A stretch of 63,798 nt of DNA, counting the filler, from Choristocarpus tenellus KU-1152 (lineage: Eukaryota; Protista; Phaeophyceae), in assembly GCA_964200185.2 (NCBI GenBank). It is 10 parts of 10 records of this genome, joined end to end, with 100 filler letters (N's around TTAATTAATTAA, not from the genome) between each part and the next. Parts side by side here need not be neighbours in the genome. Positions count along the whole stretch, not along the records: positions 35,096 to 42,152 come from CAXNAD020006772.1; positions 42,253 to 48,726 come from CAXNAD020008061.1; positions 48,827 to 60,033 come from CAXNAD020002451.1; 7 more parts are not named here. One strand, given 5' to 3'. The stretch's first letter is position 1. Each line of letters starts with the position of its first letter. Shown here in pieces: positions 38,777 through 50,166 of this stretch. The notes under the pieces are model-generated. The model saw only the letters and a program-made list of their open reading frames with translations. It ran no database searches and was not told the origin of the DNA. A program made the position numbers and the translations under genes.

Positions 38777-41096
38777 CATTTCCCCCCCAAAACATGGACA
38801 CTTCAGGCTTGGATACGTCTTCAGCGGATCTCAGGAAGAGGCCCTCCTCCGCCTGGATATCATATCGATGCAAGAGCAAACAAACAAAGCAGGAAGAGCA
38901 CATGCAAATCTCAAGTAAAAGGGTGCAACTATGGCTCACAAGGATGCACGGGCCCCACATGCATGACAAATTATACCCGTAGGTTATGACAAGACATGCC
39001 GTACATCAAAGCAAAGGGGTACCAAGCTCTAATTGATTCTTCCCTTCATCTGAAGGAGAGGAGGAAAGAGTCCTATCTCATTCGAGCAATGGAGTTGATT
39101 TGACTTGGGCTTTTTTGAACATGTATTCAAGATACTTCAACATATGATGATAGTGAGGACTGGCTAGAGCTACACAGGTTAGGGTTAGGGCTTTACCTAA
39201 TATCGCAAATATTTCTTTTTTAGCAGTGACATGGAGAGGGGTGTATAGGGGAGGGGAGCAGACTTCGTTCTTTACGCTTCTATGTTCATGTTGACTCACT
39301 TGCCTCACTCTTTTCTTTCCCCCTTTGAAGTATGTCCATTCATCCCTCTAGAAAATGAAAGGTTTTCAAAAATTTAGGGCCTGTAAACTGCTGGGGGGAA
39401 TCACTTGGGAATAACATACATATGCAGCGTGGGAGGATATTGGTGAAGGATAGGGCGGATTCTAGAGCTAACCCACGACTCTTATCAAGGTGCCTCACAC
39501 TTCCTTGTCTTCCTTCATTCCATCAAGTCAAACTGGAGACAAGCGAACCTCTCTCATCACGCCTCTAAAGTAGAGCATGTGTTGAGGGTTTCGAAAATAT
39601 TCGAGACTGCCCACTAGTCTGTGGTCTTGCGTCTATTATGGTACAGCATGAGATACGTAGTTGGCGCATGGAAAAGAGGGCCGATTTGTCAACTTTTGAA
39701 TAGGACCACAAAGAATAAAATCTATAATAGGGTATACCTTTAAATCATTGGAGTTCAGGCATCTAATAATACTTAAAGCGGTCCAAAATGTATAGGTCTC
39801 ACAACCAGATCGAAATTCAAACCATGTACTTTGGAGTAGAACTCTGGATAGTGAAGCTCGGCAAGGATTCGACTAGTAGCATTCACACGTCACATGTCAG
39901 ATTAGTGCATTTGGCACCAATGAACTACAACAGCACTTCACTTCACATTCAAAGTACGTAAGGTTTGCAATAGAGATTCTCAAGCACTCAAGGTAAAAGC
40001 AGCCCTCCCCAAACCTGGAGATACCAAAGTAAATTTTTGGCAGGAAGGGTGCCGAATTGGTCGCCAATCCTTGCCAAATTTACTTGGGATCCTTGAGTGC
40101 CGAAGCTTTTCAGCAAGAAACGAACTCACTTGACACTAAAGTCCTGTAAAAAAAAAAAAACTCAGAGTGGTGAGGCCTCCACCCTTGCAAAAATAAGAAC
40201 ACATTCAAATGCACCAAAAACCCACTTAAGTACCCACGCGACCATCAAAGTCCAAGCGAGAAAGCAGAAACCGCTTACCAATCGCTGGAATGCTGGGTGG
40301 TCGTCCAGCACGCATGGCTTTATGTTAGCCGCAAGGTGCACCCCGGCAGAGTGGAACAAGGTGGCAAGACCCTGGAGGTCAGGTAAACAGAACAGACAGG
40401 TAGAGTTCAAGGGACAGATGGGTGGATGGATGGATGGATTGATGGATGGGCAGATGCACCTCTGAAGTCTCCGCATTGGGTGCATGGCAGTCAAAAAGCA
40501 GGCTCTTCAAATCGAACCACAGCACACCCGCAATAAACCTTGCCCTCTAGGCCATCACGGATCTATGTATGGTCGTGTTTTGTACCATCGGTAACAGGTA
40601 CAAGTATATATATATATATATATATGTAGACATTGAACCTGGCGTGAAAAAAGAACCAGGGGTTGGAGGGTTGGGACTGCTGCGAGCCGCATGGTAAGAG
40701 ATGGTTACCTGTCTAACGCAGGCGAGTGGGTAGATCAACAGACAGAGCTATTAATGCTAAAGACACCACGAGCGTACTTGAACGCACACAGTGGGTGACC
40801 TTTACTCAACTCACCCTGATCCTACCCTTTAAAAATCTTGTCCACCTCCTCCCTCCTCTCCCACCCGCCCTCCCCATTTCCTGTTCTACCTCCAGACCCC
40901 AACCCCGTCCACTATGTGGAACACGCAAGCACTACCTCACCTCTGGATCCGGCACCTTGCTCCTGTTCCACGTGAAGACGTGTCGACGTGGGGGACCTGT
41001 ACAATTCTCCTTAGATGTGTACCCAGAGGAGAGCTTAAAGCTGGAGCAGGGAATGTCAGAGGACCTGATCTTGTCGAGGAATCCCAACAGGCGGAC
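38777..41096 (-). CDS. Glycoside hydrolase family 31 (alpha-glucosidase-like) internal fragment, 3 exons
   Basis: Exons 41096-40941, 40371-40279 and 38852-38777 splice in frame: DIPCSSFKLSSGYTS...RHVFTWNRSKVPDPE|GLATLFHSAGVHLAANIKPCVLDDHPAFQRL|AEEGLFLRS...VSMFWGGNG. This is the GH31 barrel segment preceding the catalytic nucleophile. Confidence 0.85.
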
Positions 41097-42074
41097 CTGA
41101 AAGGTGGGGGGCAAATATAGAGGGTTGGGGTGGGTATTTCAATCTTTCCTTTTTGCACCCAAAAAGGTACCACCACGCCATCATCATGGGGGAAGAAGTG
41201 ATGAATGACCCTATCCCTTCGATTGACACTTATACGCACAAAGAGGCACATATATGACTTGAGTTTTTCTATTGTGGCAATCACTCTTCCTGACGACGAA
41301 AAAGTGCAATGCAATATCCTTTGATCCCTCCCAAGCACATTCAAACCCACGACCGAAGTGGGTTTAACCGCATCAACGTAGATGGTAGGAAGACGTAACT
41401 CCTGAAGAGGAACCACAAAACAGGCCATGAAGTATCGTTTGCAAAAAACTCACAACAAAACACTCTCGCACGTTTTTGTTTTTGTTTTTGTTTTTGTTTT
41501 TGTTTTTTAAATGAGACCCCTTAGATCCATTTATGATTACCTAGAACTAAACCGATCGCTCGAGCCATCCGTTGAGAGAGACAGGCAAATCAACACTCCC
41601 CCCCCCCCATCAAACTACAAAATACGCTCCGGCTACAAGGCAGTCCAAGGATATCCATAATTCTGCTTTGTCAATGGAACCAGCCTGCCTACACCTCGGA
41701 AAAATGTAACACCTGCATAGCACATCTTCGCATTCCAGTTATATACGTAACAAGCACTGCCTAGACTATGCACACACACTACAAACAGAAGCGGCTCTGT
41801 CATCTGCTGGACCAAATGGCCCTGAGCGCTCTCCAGGACAACAGACACCATGGACCAAATGACCCTGAGCGCACTCCAGGGTGACGTTCATCGCAGACCA
41901 GATGGGCCCGCACGTTTGAATGCAGAAAGGGTATGATAAATGCCGTTCCTTCTAGCATTTCCTCCTCTTCTATTTTTTTGTTCAATCAAAGCCCTCCCAT
42001 TTATCAGCTTTTCCGCTTCAAAGGATCATATACATACACACACTATTCTGCGTAGAAAAAATAAAGTGCCCTCC

Positions 42075-42106
<32 letters not shown>

Positions 42107-42252
42107 ACACCAAAAAAAAAAAAAAACCAGCGCAAAAGCGACGAAAAAAAAANNNNNNNNNNNNNNNNNNNNNNNNNNNNNNNNNNNNNNNNNNNNTTAA
42201 TTAATTAANNNNNNNNNNNNNNNNNNNNNNNNNNNNNNNNNNNNNNNNNNNN

Positions 42253-42472
42253 GGGGCCAAAATCCAATGTTGCGATTTTGATGTAAATTTGGCTATTGTG
42301 TTTGTTAGGAAGTACCAATATCTTTGTTCCGAACATACTTTTTCACAACGTACATGTTTCTCTTACTCTGAAACATTTCGGAGTAGGAAAATGTCATAAA
42401 ACCCCCCCTGGGAAGTTAAGTCCCAAATGGACAAACAGTGGAAAATTCGTACCCTCTAAGATACTTTCACTC
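42253..42472 (+). mobile_element. MITE family L, copy 6 (left end lost in linker)
   Basis: Family interior and right TIR ACCCTCTAAGATACTTTCACTC. Confidence 0.88.
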
Positions 42473-44175
42473 TCTCCCAAAGGCGTAGTATATAGTTCCA
42501 TCCCAAGACAGCACCAGCGAGTGGTGTATACCCCCTGCCAATTCCATGGGGTTGACCTCCTGCAATTTTCCAATAAGGAGGAGGACAAGAGGTAGGATGC
42601 AGGCACTGGGGAAAACTTGCAAAATACTTGAGAGGAAGGCGTATCGGAGGCATCAAAAGACATGTCACTGAGATACTAGTAGCAAAGAGACGCAGATTCA
42701 GCACTACTAGGTCGGAACTTCTGTAGTTGATATTGAAACGAATGTTGAGAGTATGGCTTACTCCTCCACCAAGACTATCCCAAAGGAGTTTTTTCCTCAT
42801 GTGTCCATCGCTGCATGCATATTCATCAACGCTACAGGCAGATTGGTCGTATGAAGTTGTAAAGCGTACCATAAATTCGAAGATATTGAGAGAGGTTGCT
42901 CGTATGAGGTCGTAAAGTATACCATGTATAACAAAAAAATGGAGTGCTCTACATCATCGAACAAAAGGCAAGATGATAAGAAATGACAAGCAAATGTGAA
43001 AAACTTACAGATTGTAAAACACCATGAAATACACTGTCTACTTATCATGATCATTGTTTACCCGTTTCCAAAATAGTCCACAACGCTTCTCCTCTCCCCT
43101 ACAGAATAAGTAATAACTCTCCTAACCTTAGAAAAAATACTGTGGCAGAGTTGTGCATGTTACAATTCAACTAGCTCCCCCTTTCCACCTTGATATTACC
43201 TTGGCAATAGCAAACAGGGTTCTGGATGAGACATACCTCGACATACTATGTACTATCCCCCCAACAATAGGCATGATAGGTCTCTTCATTTGCCATCCAT
43301 TGTCCAGGCTCACCTGCAGGCCAGTCACATGCGTGAGCCCGTCTTGGAAGTGGTAATCGCCGAGCCCCAGTTGCCGTAGGTGTTCATGCCAGAGGCAAGA
43401 CATTTGTTGCTGCCTCTTATTGCCACAACTGCATGATAGTCACCACAACCGATGGTCTACGAGCAATCAACAAATAGGGACACATGAAGACCACGGTATC
43501 AGAAAAATGAGAGTGGTGTTGAAGTCTGGCTACACTTGGGAAGTATACAATCAAAATCGATACTGTTGGCAAAAGATTGGGAAGCTCTGCTAGTGAGTCA
43601 AATATCAGTCCCGTATACCTCTTTGGTTAAACTTATCTGCTTTGTTGATGAATCGTGATGATCAAGAACATGTGCACATACATACTGGTACACACATGTG
43701 AAATCCTGTGTAGGGGCTGGGTGCAGGTCATGCACTTGTTCGGGCAAGCTGGCAGGAGTGCCCATGAAAATCGACAATTGCACCCCAAATTCATCCACTA
43801 CCAGTAGGAGCAACTCCAAGAAGTGCAAACAATTTCTCTGGCATGTGAGTAGTTCAAGATCGCCAGCTCTAATTTTTCTGTCTGTTTTTATTTGTGTTCG
43901 TATTTCTGAAGGGGGAGAGTCTCTCTACAACAGTTGGTGGAGGGTGTGAGGGCTTTGGTGGGGAAAGGGCAAGTGGATGAAGGGGGTAAATGCTTGGGGG
44001 GGGAGAAGGGGAAGGAGGGGGGGTTGTAGAGATATGCAATGGTGATGTCGTGAGTATCTGCCGACAATAGTTGTATGTTTCTTGATTGATGGATTCTCGG
44101 GGGTACCCTACTTGTATTATTGTGAGACAATTTTGTCTGTATTTGTTTACGTTCGTTGTTCTTTGTGAAGGGAGA

Positions 44176-44353
44176 GGCTCAAAGTATCTGGGGGGGAGGG
44201 GGGGTCTACACCAGGGTGTCCATTCGGGCCCTGACCAGGAAAAGTGCATATATATTATCCATCCGACTCATACAATCAAAACACCACAAAAATAGCGAGA
44301 TGGAAGAATGGGCCCCAAATGGACAGACGCAACCCCCCCATATAGTTTAAGCC
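44176..44353 (-). mobile_element. MITE family S copy
   Basis: GGCTCAAAGTATCTGGGGGG start and decayed right TIR; 3-bp flanks AGA/AGA. Confidence 0.88.
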
Positions 44354-45437
44354 AGAGTCTTTCTATGGCAATACCCTATTTCTTTGTTCCATACGATTTT
44401 GTGTCTGCAATTTCTTGTTCTCACGATTTTGAAAGGGGGAGAGACCTTGATGAGACAGTATCCTCTCCTGACATGAGTGTGAGACTTGGGTGTAAGATGT
44501 TTTCTCTTGAATGTTAAGTCCAATGCAGAGTGAGTACTATGAGGTGCAAGTATCACGTAGGCATATCTGTCGTCAGGGTAAGCGTTGAAAGGAGGTTTTG
44601 CTTCCAGGTTTCCTCCTCGGCTGGATCCCCAACGATGCCTACTGATACGTCAGGACCTGGAAGTAAAATTGAATTAATTTCTGCGTCGTTCATGATAGGA
44701 TAGGGATTGACGTTGTATTTCCACGTTCAGTCGCCAGTTCTTCAAACTGAAGTAATTATTTCTCATGCTGTGGGGGCACGTTACAGGAAATGAGTCTTAA
44801 TGACACTTTCATAAACGCCATTATAACCTTGAGGTATTATATTTTGTGTATTATACCTCTTGACTATTTAGTTGTTCTGTATTTATTACGAGGCCATACA
44901 TTTGCCATGCACGGTTATTCAGTCCACATATATACCCCACTCATACCGTGTATCACGGCTGATGTTTGGTGACAGTCCCATGCATCCACTGATCATCCCA
45001 TCGAAAGTACAGTCCCCTGCCCTTGGTTCTTGACTGAAGTGTCTCTTTCCGGTCCAAATCTCAGCCAAACTTGGCATTAGATGTGTCTCCACGTCTGCGT
45101 GGTCTAGACAAGCGTAACACTTCCTTTATGGCGCTCTCTACGAGGCTGAAGTTCAGTCAGCAGTCTTGTGGATTGGAGCTACATATGGCATAATGGAAAG
45201 TTTGCACAACATTTTGTAGCGGATCCAGGAGGAGGCCCTGTTCCTAGTAGGTAGCGCCCCAACATGGAATGAGGTATCCACGCGTATATATCTCCAGTCG
45301 ATGGTGAAGGGACTCCCATTCTCTTTTTTTCCATATAGTGTGTCAGATTTCTCAGGTGAAAATTGATTGAGAGTGTCAGTACTATTGTTAAGTGTATGGT
45401 TTTGTAGTACTATTTCCCTCGATCGGATATGTATCAT

Positions 45438-45522
45438 CTCGAAGTAGCTCAGGGGTAGAGCGGTGGTCTGTAGACGGATATCAGCTAACCATTGGTCCGG
45501 AGTTCGAATCTCCGCTTCGAGA
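45438..45522 (+). tRNA. tRNA-Tyr (anticodon GTA) with 13-nt intron
   Basis: Acceptor stem CTCGAAG/CTTCGAG plus A; D stem GCTC/GAGC; anticodon stem GTGGT/ACCAT; GTA at 45470-45472; intron 45474-45486 after position 37; T arm CGGAG-TTCGAAT-CTCCG; T5 run at 45527-45531. The C1-G72/A73 pattern fits eukaryotic Tyr identity. Confidence 0.9.
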
Positions 45523-45780
45523 GTACTTTTTACCTCTCTTTGAAGAGAAAATATAATTACGTACCATACATGAAGGGGAAAAAAATGAACTACTAGGAAT
45601 GGGAAATACCTCGTACGTTAAATGCGACTCCTACATTTCTACGCATATACTTGTCGCGGATGGATCACAAAATTCAAGATATCGTATTTACCTTCTCTAC
45701 TTCCATTTTAAGTTAGTGTTTGGAATCTAGGGTACCTACCATTCAAAATAGTCCTGACTAGGACTGTATCTACACACACA

Positions 45781-46126
45781 TGTGAATCGTGTGATTCTGT
45801 GGCCGCGTGGTTCACTCAGGCAAGGGTGGTGAAGAGAATCACCGAGCAAGATGGACCAGACGAACAAGGACGAACCGTAACCGAGGGTACGAGGTTAAGG
45901 TTGGACAAGTGCAAATTGACAAGTGATGAGCATCATCAAAGATGGAGCTTCATCACCATCAGTCAAGAAGTGAGAACAGAGTGGATCTTCCATTTATGAC
46001 AACTCTGAATGACGAGCTGTCCCAAGTCTATGGGATTGGTCGCATTAAGTGATTCCATGGTTTCATTCTGACGGAAGGTTCGCCAGTGGAATCATGGATG
46101 CTTGACTGGGAACCTCAATCGGTACA
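45781..46126 (+). repeat. Dispersed repeat, possibly a solo LTR
   Basis: Begins TGTGA and shares its first ~73 bp with 30957-31029. Right end (GGTACA) is tentative and no TSD was seen. Confidence 0.45.
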
Positions 46127-46229
46127 CCGGTGTAACGGTATAATATGGCATACGGCAATAACGGTATAACAACAGACAAACATGCTTTACGCGCGCGCGC
46201 GCGCACATATATATATATTCACCATTTTT

Positions 46230-46515
46230 TTTTTGCATTTCCCGTTAATGGGTATCTATATGTGCATTTATGGATTCACCTATTTTCGTTTTATCTCCCC
46301 TCTCTTGCTGTATTTCTCTGTATTGTTGCATTCTGTATAGTATATATCCGATTCTTGTCAGATATGTAGAAAAGGTTATTCTGTTCTCTTTTTACATTGC
46401 TCTTCTGATCAGGAGTCCAACCACGTTAGATGTTGTTCTCTTTTCTCCTTGACAACACCTGGCAGATGGATGGCATCATTGTATCATTGTATCGTGCATT
46501 GAACTAGTGCGTGCG

Positions 46516-46549
<34 letters not shown>

Positions 46550-46550
46550 C
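46230..46550 (+). mobile_element. Probable LINE 3' end with (ATCA)n tail
   Basis: T-rich segment ending in about seven AATC/ATCA units at 46517-46546, directly next to a LINE RT fragment. Confidence 0.45.
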
Positions 46551-46870
46551 ATCCGGAGAGCTGACAAGAAATACCAGGCCATTGTGAAGGGGGAGGGAGC
46601 AAGAAAACGTTGTGGCAGTTCCTGCAGTTGCACGTGGTGCATGCTTTATGCTGATGATATGGGCATTGTGTAAAGGGCTCGAGAGAGCTTGGCCAAGATG
46701 ATGGTCGTGATTGTGTTGGTGTGTGAGGCATTTGGACTGACCCTGTCGGACAAGAAGACTGAGACCGTGTGCCCCAGGATTCTCGATGAGCCAGCAGACA
46801 AAATACAAAGAAAGCCGGTAGGGCAAAGTACAAGCAGACTGATAATTGGTTTTTGGCCGAGGCTCATCCT
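46551..46870 (+). mobile_element. RTE-clade LINE reverse transcriptase fragment
   Basis: WCMLYADDMGIV*...LAKMMVVIVLVCEAFGLTLSDKKTE (YADD plus GL...K.KT motif). Confidence 0.85.
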
Positions 46871-47168
46871 GTGATGATGTTGATACCAACAACAAGCTCT
46901 GTTACAGGCGCCCCTCAATGCTCACCTTNNNNNNNNNNAGGATGTACAACTCAAATCCAACGACCTTAAAACGACGCTACAAGGGGAGTCCACAGATGAT
47001 AACCACGTACGATGTCAGCTTGATATTTAGCTCAGTCGATGTCTTGCTTTTGCTTTATCAAAAGAGGTTCAACCAAAAAGGTCTGAGGGCGTGGTGATCC
47101 GCATCAGCCTTCTATTAGCATCATCCACCAGTTTTCTACAGCCAAAGAGTTAAATGAAGTCTGCAAAC

Positions 47169-47426
47169 GAGCCAAAGTATCTTAGAGGGTAGTGTCGCGT
47201 CCATTTGGGGTCAAAATCCAATGTTGCAATTTTGATCCAATTTTGGCTATCATGTTTGATAGGAGATGTCAATATCCTTGTTCCAGATACACCTTTTCAT
47301 AACTTACACATTTTACCTACTCCTAAACATTTTGGAGCAGGTAAAATGTCATTATAAACGCATGGGAAGCCAAGCCCCAAATGGACAAACAGGGAAAAAC
47401 TCGTACCCTTCAAGATACTTTCACTC
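47169..47426 (+). mobile_element. MITE family L, copy 7
   Basis: GAGCCAAAGTATCTTAGAGGGT...AAGATACTTTCACTC; 4-bp TSD AAAC (47165-47168 and 47427-47430). Confidence 0.93.
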
Positions 47427-47669
47427 AAACTGCTAAGTGGATACTTTAATCATGAATCTTTACTCTGTAACTTCCAGAAATTGACACCTATTCTGTAAGA
47501 TTGTGTTCGAATTCCAACTCTTACCCTGCGTCTCCTATCAAAGTCGTCATTTATCTTGTAAGGCTACCTATGCATTACTAATATCGTATATTGTTCGTAC
47601 TTGTGAGAACTCAAGAAACAATCCTCACACTCTACGTCTGTTACAAATGTTCGTATTTCCTGAAACATA

Positions 47670-47760
47670 AGAAGAAAATGCTCGCGCTATTCGCGTGTAA
47701 CAAACGCTTGCACTTCGTTGAAATACAAGAAGAAACGCTCGCGCTATTGGCCAGTAACAG
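47670..47760 (+). repeat. Dispersed repeat shared (inverted) with 59948-60033
   Basis: GCTATTCGCGTGTAACAAACGCTTGCACTTCGTTGAAATACAAGAAGAAACGCTCGCGCTATT matches the reverse complement of the contig end at ~59960-60032. Confidence 0.85.
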
Positions 47761-47840
47761 TTTATCACGTTTCTTCTTATGCTTGGTCACTTCTTTGTAT
47801 GGTGGATCCATCCTACTTAGACTGATGGCGTGAGCACCAT

Positions 47841-48161
47841 TGTTGTGAGGCAGGTTCCAATCAGTCGTGGGGGGTGTTCAGAATCACCAGTAGTATCATG
47901 TTGGGGTGCTTCCAGCAAACTCAAAGCTCTCTCAGCCATCAAATCTTACGAGAAGTTTGAAGAGAATCCCAGATCCACCAGATGACGTCACATCTTGGTG
48001 ATCTTCAACGGTAAGAGGCCTGAGCATTCTCAAGAGTTCTGTGTGTTTGATGTTGGTGGGAACCTCACCAATGACAAATAAGTGTGCGCGCAAAGCACTT
48101 GTGTGTGCGCGCGGATGTGTATCTGCACTGAGATAGCTCCCAAAGGGACCTGTCCGTCACA
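47841..48161 (+). repeat. Solo LTR-like element (~321 bp)
   Basis: TGTTGTGAGG...CCGTCACA; colinear with 56223-56545. Confidence 0.75.
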
Positions 48162-48375
48162 ATCACACCCTTTTTTTAATAGATAGTCGAAAGAGAGAAT
48201 TAATAATGCTTTTTATCGATGCGAATGAGTTGGTTGTATTTGAGTAGATTGAAATTTAGTCGATACCCGTCCGATTATTTGGATATTACATCAAAACCTT
48301 CACCCACTACTACTGCTATGTGTGAAACTTGGAGAATACAACTATCTCTTCCAATCCAAAATACACAATGTGTAG

Positions 48376-48547
48376 GTACTCTCAAGACGGTAAGGGTGGG
48401 TTTCTGGGTGAGTATGACGTCAACATTGATCCATCTAGCACGTACACCTTTCTGTGTGTGGAGGATCACGGTAAGGAAGGTGAAGACCCATATTTTTGGC
48501 GTAGGGACTATTTTTGGCCAATCCTCTTTGCCTCTTCATCATCATGA
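48376..48547 (+). CDS. Possible orphan exon, unknown protein
   Basis: TAG acceptor at 48373-48375, then YSQDGKGGFLGEYDVNIDPSSTYTFLCVEDHGKEGEDPYFWRRDYFWPILFASSSS*. Protein-like composition, but no partner exons found. Confidence 0.35.
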
Positions 48548-48661
48548 ATAGCCAACCGCTTTCAGGTACCGGGTCTTACATTACAGCATTTCGCATCTTG
48601 CTCTGCCTACCTACGCACCGTGGATATCAATTTACACCCTTGTTCTTTGGTCTTTCGCCAT

Positions 48662-48726
48662 GAGTGAAACTATCTTAGAGGGTACGAATTTTTCCCTGTT
48701 TGTCCATTTGTGGGGCTTGGCTTCCC
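48662..48726 (-). mobile_element. MITE family L, copy 8 (cut by linker)
   Basis: GAGTGAAACTATCTTAGAGGGTACG...GTCCATTTG. Confidence 0.85.
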
Positions 48727-48873
48727 NNNNNNNNNNNNNNNNNNNNNNNNNNNNNNNNNNNNNNNNNNNNTTAATTAATTAANNNNNNNNNNNNNNNNNN
48801 NNNNNNNNNNNNNNNNNNNNNNNNNNCCCGCCCAAAGCTAATTGCTTGGGCATGGGTGGCTATGTTCAGGGGC

Positions 48874-48907
<34 letters not shown>

Positions 48908-49710
48908 CTTCATTACACACGTCCATGGTCTGTTCAGACAACGGGATCTCTGTCGGGTCCTCATCCTCCTCATCTTCCTCATCCTCCTCCTCCGGAGGCG
49001 ATCACAGGGACCCCCACGTCGGAATCCATCAAATTTTGCAACGTTTCACTCAACGCCTTGTTGTGGCTCTCGAGGTAGTCCATGAAGATCTTTTCCGGAA
49101 TCAGTATAGTGCCGACCACCGCATGCAAAAAAAATAAATACATGCAAAAACCCAAAGGAAAAACAGAACAAAAAAAAATAATGCAGATTGAACATCGCGG
49201 GTTTTCATTTATTTGGGTGTTTATACATATATGAGGGTCGTGACTATTTATTTATTTTTTTCGTGAGGTGAGGTGGTACAGAAGGGGGGGGGAGGAAGGG
49301 AGGGGAAAGTGGTAGAAATCGTCGTGTTAGAGTCTTCTGCCGGTCAGAGGACTTTCGACCGCCAAGGAACAGAGACAGACACAGAGGCATTACTGTCATT
49401 ACAGGAAGGCGGTGTGTATTTCCAAAAAAAAAAAGTCCCGTGGCATGGCACACATAGAAATACGGCAAGAAGAGTTGTTCATCATCGCAGGGCATCAAAC
49501 AACCAACCCTAAAAGCCCTTGAACAAAACAACAACAACAAAAAATGCAAACAGAAAAAAAATTAAACTAAAGTGATACAAAAAAAATTAATAAAGTTCAA
49601 CGCACACCGACCGCACAAGCCCCCATCCGTGCGCAGCATGCACAACCCCCATCAACGTTTCCTGAAAGGGATGGTTGTGTTCTCAAGGGGCGTTCCCCAC
49701 TAGTCAAGCT

Positions 49711-49960
49711 CTAACCCTAACCCTAACCCTAACACCGCGGTAAGGACAATACAACCGACGTCAGCTCACACACGCCTCCGTGCCCACTACAAAAAAATGA
49801 CATACAAGTAAGCACACTTTTGCCTTTTGAACGCCGAACAACTTATGCAATGCATGATACACACATGTGCCCCACCCACAACAAAGCACGAACACGTAAG
49901 GTTCACCCCTGCCAGCGCAACCGTAAACCGCCTAACCCTAAACCCTAACCCTAACCCTAA
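49711..49960. repeat. Two short interstitial (CCCTAA)n telomere-like tracts
   Basis: About 3-4 units at 49711-49733 and about 4-5 imperfect units at 49931-49960. Confidence 0.7.
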
Positions 49961-50166
49961 CACAATCTGATGAGGATCCATGGCTCCAACAATAATATGC
50001 CCTAGCCCTGCCAATGCGGCAGCGAAATCAAAAAAATAAACCACCATGACGTCATAAAATTGTGTTTTAAGAGCCAAAAGAGATGCATCCTCGACCATCC
50101 TATCGCATGGTGCATTTTCCACGGCTGTTTCTTCCCATCCTTGTTTGACGCTCTTGCAACGCTCAC

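Noticed and set aside
41808-41880. 30-bp direct repeat TGGACCAAATG.CCCTGAGCGC.CTCCAGG x2, possible CRISPR
   Set aside because: Only two copies with a 13-bp spacer, eukaryotic context and no cas genes; a local duplication.
42847-42925. 26-bp imperfect repeat TCGTATGA.GT.GTAAAG..TACCAT x2 with spacer
   Set aside because: Two diverged copies only; not an array.
43100-45430. Possible retroelement coding remnants on the minus strand
   Set aside because: Too decayed to show a defensible motif.
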